A DNA stretch of 18,908 bases, taken from assembly GCA_033762295.1 (NCBI GenBank), contig JANRLW010000019.1:1-18908 (forward strand), given 5' to 3'. This DNA is from Capsulimonadales bacterium. Its GTDB lineage: Bacteria; Armatimonadota; Armatimonadia; Armatimonadales; Armatimonadaceae. The position numbers and the translations under genes are program-made. The notes below the pieces were generated by a model, which was not told the origin of the DNA, did no database searches, and was given only the letters and a program-made list of their open reading frames with translations. This document shows, piece after piece, positions 15,860 to 18,908 of this stretch (position 1 is its first letter; the number at the start of each line of letters is the position of its first letter).

Positions 15860-17215
15860 TTAAACGCCGCTCAGATGCTCGACCTTTCCTGTACTGTCCC
15901 CGATCGATTCCGGACGTACTCCTGCACGGTCCAGTAAGGTGAGATAAAGATTCGTCATCGGGGTGCCCGGTGCGAACCGGAGGTGCCGCCCCGGCTTCAG
16001 AGCGCCGCCGCCCCGCCCGGCGACAATCACCGGAAGATCGGAGTGCGCATGCTGGTTTCCGTCGCTCAATCCGCTACCGTAGACGATCATCGAATGATCG
16101 AGCAGGGAGCCGTTGCCATCCGGCGTTTCCTTCAGTCGTTTCAGCAGGTAAGCGAACAACTCGGCGTGGTAGACATTGATTTTGGTGACCTTCTCGATCC
16201 ACTCCGGTTCGTTTCGATGGTGCGTGATCGGATGGTGTGATTCCGGAACGCCGATTTCCGGATAAACGCGGTTGCTGCCCTCCCGACCGATCATCAAGGT
16301 GGAGATCCGGGTCGAGTCGGTCCGAAACGCCAGAACCTGCAGGTCGTACATCAGCTTCACGTAGTCGCCGAACGCGACCGGCACTCCGGCCGGTTTTTCC
16401 AGTTCCGGAAGCGTCGGTGCCGCCTCTTTTTCGGCAAGCGCAATTCTCCGTTCAAGTTCCCGGACGGCGGTCAGGTACTCGTCGACTTTTCGCCGGTCCG
16501 CCGCCCCCAGCGTGCGGACCAGCTTCCGTGTATCGGCATGTACCAGGTCGAGGATACTCTTCCGTCGCATCAGTCGGCGGGCGCGTTCCTCAGGTCGGAC
16601 GCTCGGATCGAAAGCCCCGAACAGTCGCTCGAAAACGAGCCGAGGATTGACCTCCGGCGGCATCGGAGTCGTCGGCGTTCGCCAGGAAATGGAGTTGGAA
16701 TAGGCGCAGGAATATCCGGAATCGCAGTTGCCCACCACGCGCGAATCATCGCAACCGAGTTCGAGCGAGGCGAGGCGTGTGCGCTGCCCGAGGAACCGGG
16801 CAGCGACCTGGTCGGCGGAGATTCCGCCCCGGATGTCCGCTCCGGCCGTCTTTTTGGGCCGAACCCCGGTCAGGTAGGACGCGCCCGCGCGGGCATGGTC
16901 GCCGGCTCCGTCCGGCCCGGCTTCGCCGTTCTGATCGCGAAGTCCGGACAGGATGAATAGGTCCTCCCGCAAGGCTTCGAGCGGTTTGAGAACACGGGTC
17001 GTCTCATAATTTGCCCCTTCGGTTCCGGGCGTAAAGGCGTCCATAATGATCCCATTCGGAACATAGACGAAGGCGAGACGAACCGGCGTTACCGGGGCGG
17101 CGCCCCGTTCGGCGAACGCCGGTGTCATGGCATCGAGGACCGGCAGACCGACCGCGACACCCACCCCACGTAGCAGGGTTCGACGATCCATCATTTTTCG
17201 GGAGATATGATTCAT
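15860..17215 (-). CDS. DUF1552 (HXXSHH-family) protein with twin-arginine-like N-terminus, 451 aa
   Basis: N-terminus RRTLLRGVGVAVGLPVLDAM. Family-typical RLAFVYVPNG, ISADQVAA, SLELG, CDSGYSCAYSNSISW, NPRLVFERLFG, KSILDLV, HHPITHH, GSLLDHSMIVYGS. Confidence 0.92.
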   Translation of the reverse strand: MNHISRKMMDRRTLLRGVGVAVGLPVLDAMTPAFAERGAAPVTPVRLAFVYVPNGIIMDAFTPGTEGANYETTRVLKPLEALREDLFILSGLRDQNGEAGPDGAGDHARAGASYLTGVRPKKTAGADIRGGISADQVAARFLGQRTRLASLELGCDDSRVVGNCDSGYSCAYSNSISWRTPTTPMPPEVNPRLVFERLFGAFDPSVRPEERARRLMRRKSILDLVHADTRKLVRTLGAADRRKVDEYLTAVRELERRIALAEKEAAPTLPELEKPAGVPVAFGDYVKLMYDLQVLAFRTDSTRISTLMIGREGSNRVYPEIGVPESHHPITHHRNEPEWIEKVTKINVYHAELFAYLLKRLKETPDGNGSLLDHSMIVYGSGLSDGNQHAHSDLPVIVAGRGGGALKPGRHLRFAPGTPMTNLYLTLLDRAGVRPESIGDSTGKVEHLSGV

Positions 17216-18906
17216 TTTTGCGCCACCATTCTTGGTTCTTTACGGAAGGGAAGGCTAAGTACGATTTCACGGAACAGGACCGAGGAACGATAGCCGTTCC
17301 TCTCCACAACGGACGCGATCCTCTCCACCGTCGGCCGATCGTACCGTTCGAGTCCTCTTCCCAGGGCGTATGTCAGTAGTTTGCCGGTCAGAGCGCGTGT
17401 AAACGTCGCGCGGTCCCGCCTGAGAACCGCCGCCAGTTGCCGAGGTCCGACGAACGACTTGCCATCGGGCAGAGACCCCGACGCCTCCACCGGGGACGCG
17501 CCATCCCGTGTTCGCCACCGCCCGACCGCATCGAAGTTCTCCAACCCGAAGCCCAGTGGGTCGAGTTTGGCATGACAGGAAGCGCATAACGGCTTGGTTC
17601 GGTGAGCTTCCAACTGCTGGCGGAGCGATGCTCCCTCGGGAATTTTGGTTTCCTCCAGCGAAGGAACTCCCGGCGGCGGGGGCGGGGGCGGCGTGTTCAG
17701 CAGATTGTCAAGGATCCACTTGCCGCGCAGCACCGGACTCGTCCGGGTCGAATAGGAGGTCAGGGCAAGAATGCTCCCCTGTGTCAGAACGCCGCACCGT
17801 TCGGTACCGGCAAGGTCGACTTTTCGGAACTCCGGCCCACGAACGTTCTCCATTCCATAGTGTATGGCGAGTTTTTCATTTATAAACGTATATTCACCGT
17901 CCAGGAAATCGAGGATCGATTGGTCGTTCCGCACGATCTCTTCAAAAAACATTTCCGTTTCACGACGCATGGACAGGCGCAGATACTCGTCGAACGTCGG
18001 AAATTTATCCGAATCGCGCTGCAGCGACTCCAGTTTCCGCAGTTCCAGCCATTGACCGGCAAAATTCGACGCCAGCGCACCGGCCTTCGGATCGCGACGC
18101 ATCCGCTCGACCTGTGCGGTCAATACCTCGGGACGTAGTAGCGCGCCGTTTTCCGCCAGACGGAACAGCGTGTCGTCCGGCATCGTGCTCCACAGAAAAT
18201 ACGAGAGACGTGAGGCCAGTTCGAACGCGTCCGGCTTACGCTCAATGCGGAAAAGAAAATGTGGGGAGACCAGTATTGCCTGAACGGCACCGCACAGGGC
18301 TTCGTCGAAACTGTCGCCGGCCTTCCGGGATTGCGCAAACAGATCCAGATAGGGAGTTAGTTCGGAGGCGGACACCGGACGGCGAAACGCCCTTCGGGCG
18401 AGATTTTTCAGAATGACGCGCTGACAGCCGGCGGTATGGGTCGTTCCAGTATGGCCGCAGACAAAAAGGCGACGACGACCGGTGGCCGAGGGACGCGTTC
18501 GCGGTTCATACGGCCCGCCGATCTCGATCGTGTTGACCTTGACCCCGCCGATCAGCCCTCGATTCTGCCGTTCGGCAAACTCTTTGAATCGCTTTTCCCG
18601 CTCCTTGCGCCGTTCGATCTGCTCCGGGGTCGCGTCGGCGGGTAGCGGCGGAAGACGCGAGGGCGGCGGGTCAGGCACCGCTTTTTTCGACGGGTTCGGC
18701 CCCCCGAACCGTGCCGGCAACCCTTCGTAGATCCGTTCGATCGCGACCGCTACCCAGTGTTCGCCCGCAGGGACCGACACCCGCTCGAATACCGCCTTTT
18801 GACCGTAGATTTCAATCGGGCCACCCGGAAACGTCGTCACCCCGCCGGGCAGATATCGGACCTCCGCGACCTTTTTCCCATCGATCCGCAGCGCCAGACG
18901 CATCGG
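17212..18906 (-). CDS. DUF1592/DUF1588/DUF1595/DUF1585 (PSD4/PSCyt3/PSD5/PSD2) protein with a c-type heme motif, 5'-truncated at window edge
   Basis: LARRAFRRPV, ELASRLSYFLWSTMPD, NFAGQWL, TSPVLRGKWILDNLL..PPPPPPP, CASCH (17572-17586), DPLGFGLENFDAVGRWR, KLLTYALGR. The stop overlaps the DUF1552 start (ATGA). The frame is open to the window end. Confidence 0.93.
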   Translation of the reverse strand, partial: PMRLALRIDGKKVAEVRYLPGGVTTFPGGPIEIYGQKAVFERVSVPAGEHWVAVAIERIYEGLPARFGGPNPSKKAVPDPPPSRLPPLPADATPEQIERRKEREKRFKEFAERQNRGLIGGVKVNTIEIGGPYEPRTRPSATGRRRLFVCGHTGTTHTAGCQRVILKNLARRAFRRPVSASELTPYLDLFAQSRKAGDSFDEALCGAVQAILVSPHFLFRIERKPDAFELASRLSYFLWSTMPDDTLFRLAENGALLRPEVLTAQVERMRRDPKAGALASNFAGQWLELRKLESLQRDSDKFPTFDEYLRLSMRRETEMFFEEIVRNDQSILDFLDGEYTFINEKLAIHYGMENVRGPEFRKVDLAGTERCGVLTQGSILALTSYSTRTSPVLRGKWILDNLLNTPPPPPPPGVPSLEETKIPEGASLRQQLEAHRTKPLCASCHAKLDPLGFGLENFDAVGRWRTRDGASPVEASGSLPDGKSFVGPRQLAAVLRRDRATFTRALTGKLLTYALGRGLERYDRPTVERIASVVERNGYRSSVLFREIVLSLPFRKEPRMVAQK

Positions 18907-18908
18907 TT

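Overview
GC-rich bacterial chromosomal segment. The gene and promoter style suggests a Terrabacteria lineage such as Armatimonadota (inference only). No mobile elements, CRISPR arrays, rRNA or tRNA were recognisable. Gene order: 5'-truncated TPR protein and a small single-TM protein (+); purK-purE (-); a divergent, apparently near-leaderless UvrD/PcrA-family helicase with an acidic tail (+) ending at a palindromic terminator; a convergent operon of two small unknown proteins (two-TM protein, very acidic protein) (-); an orphan GHMP sugar kinase and a beta-propeller+TPR protein (+); a secreted M61 glycyl aminopeptidase (+); a probable leaderless 54-aa Arg/Lys-rich microprotein not called separately in the ORF track (+); a stand-alone PdtaR-like receiver (+) convergent with a PAS-GAF-PAS-PAS hybrid kinase carrying two REC domains and an Hpt (-); and the uncharacterised DUF1552 + DUF1592/DUF1588 (CXXCH) pair (-, truncated at the edge). 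The best candidates for something new are the leaderless basic microprotein locus (11210-11409), the acidic protein with a possible Cys-depleted treble-clef fold facing the helicase, and the DUF1592/DUF1552 module. All functional ideas for these are hypotheses, and no database searches were run.
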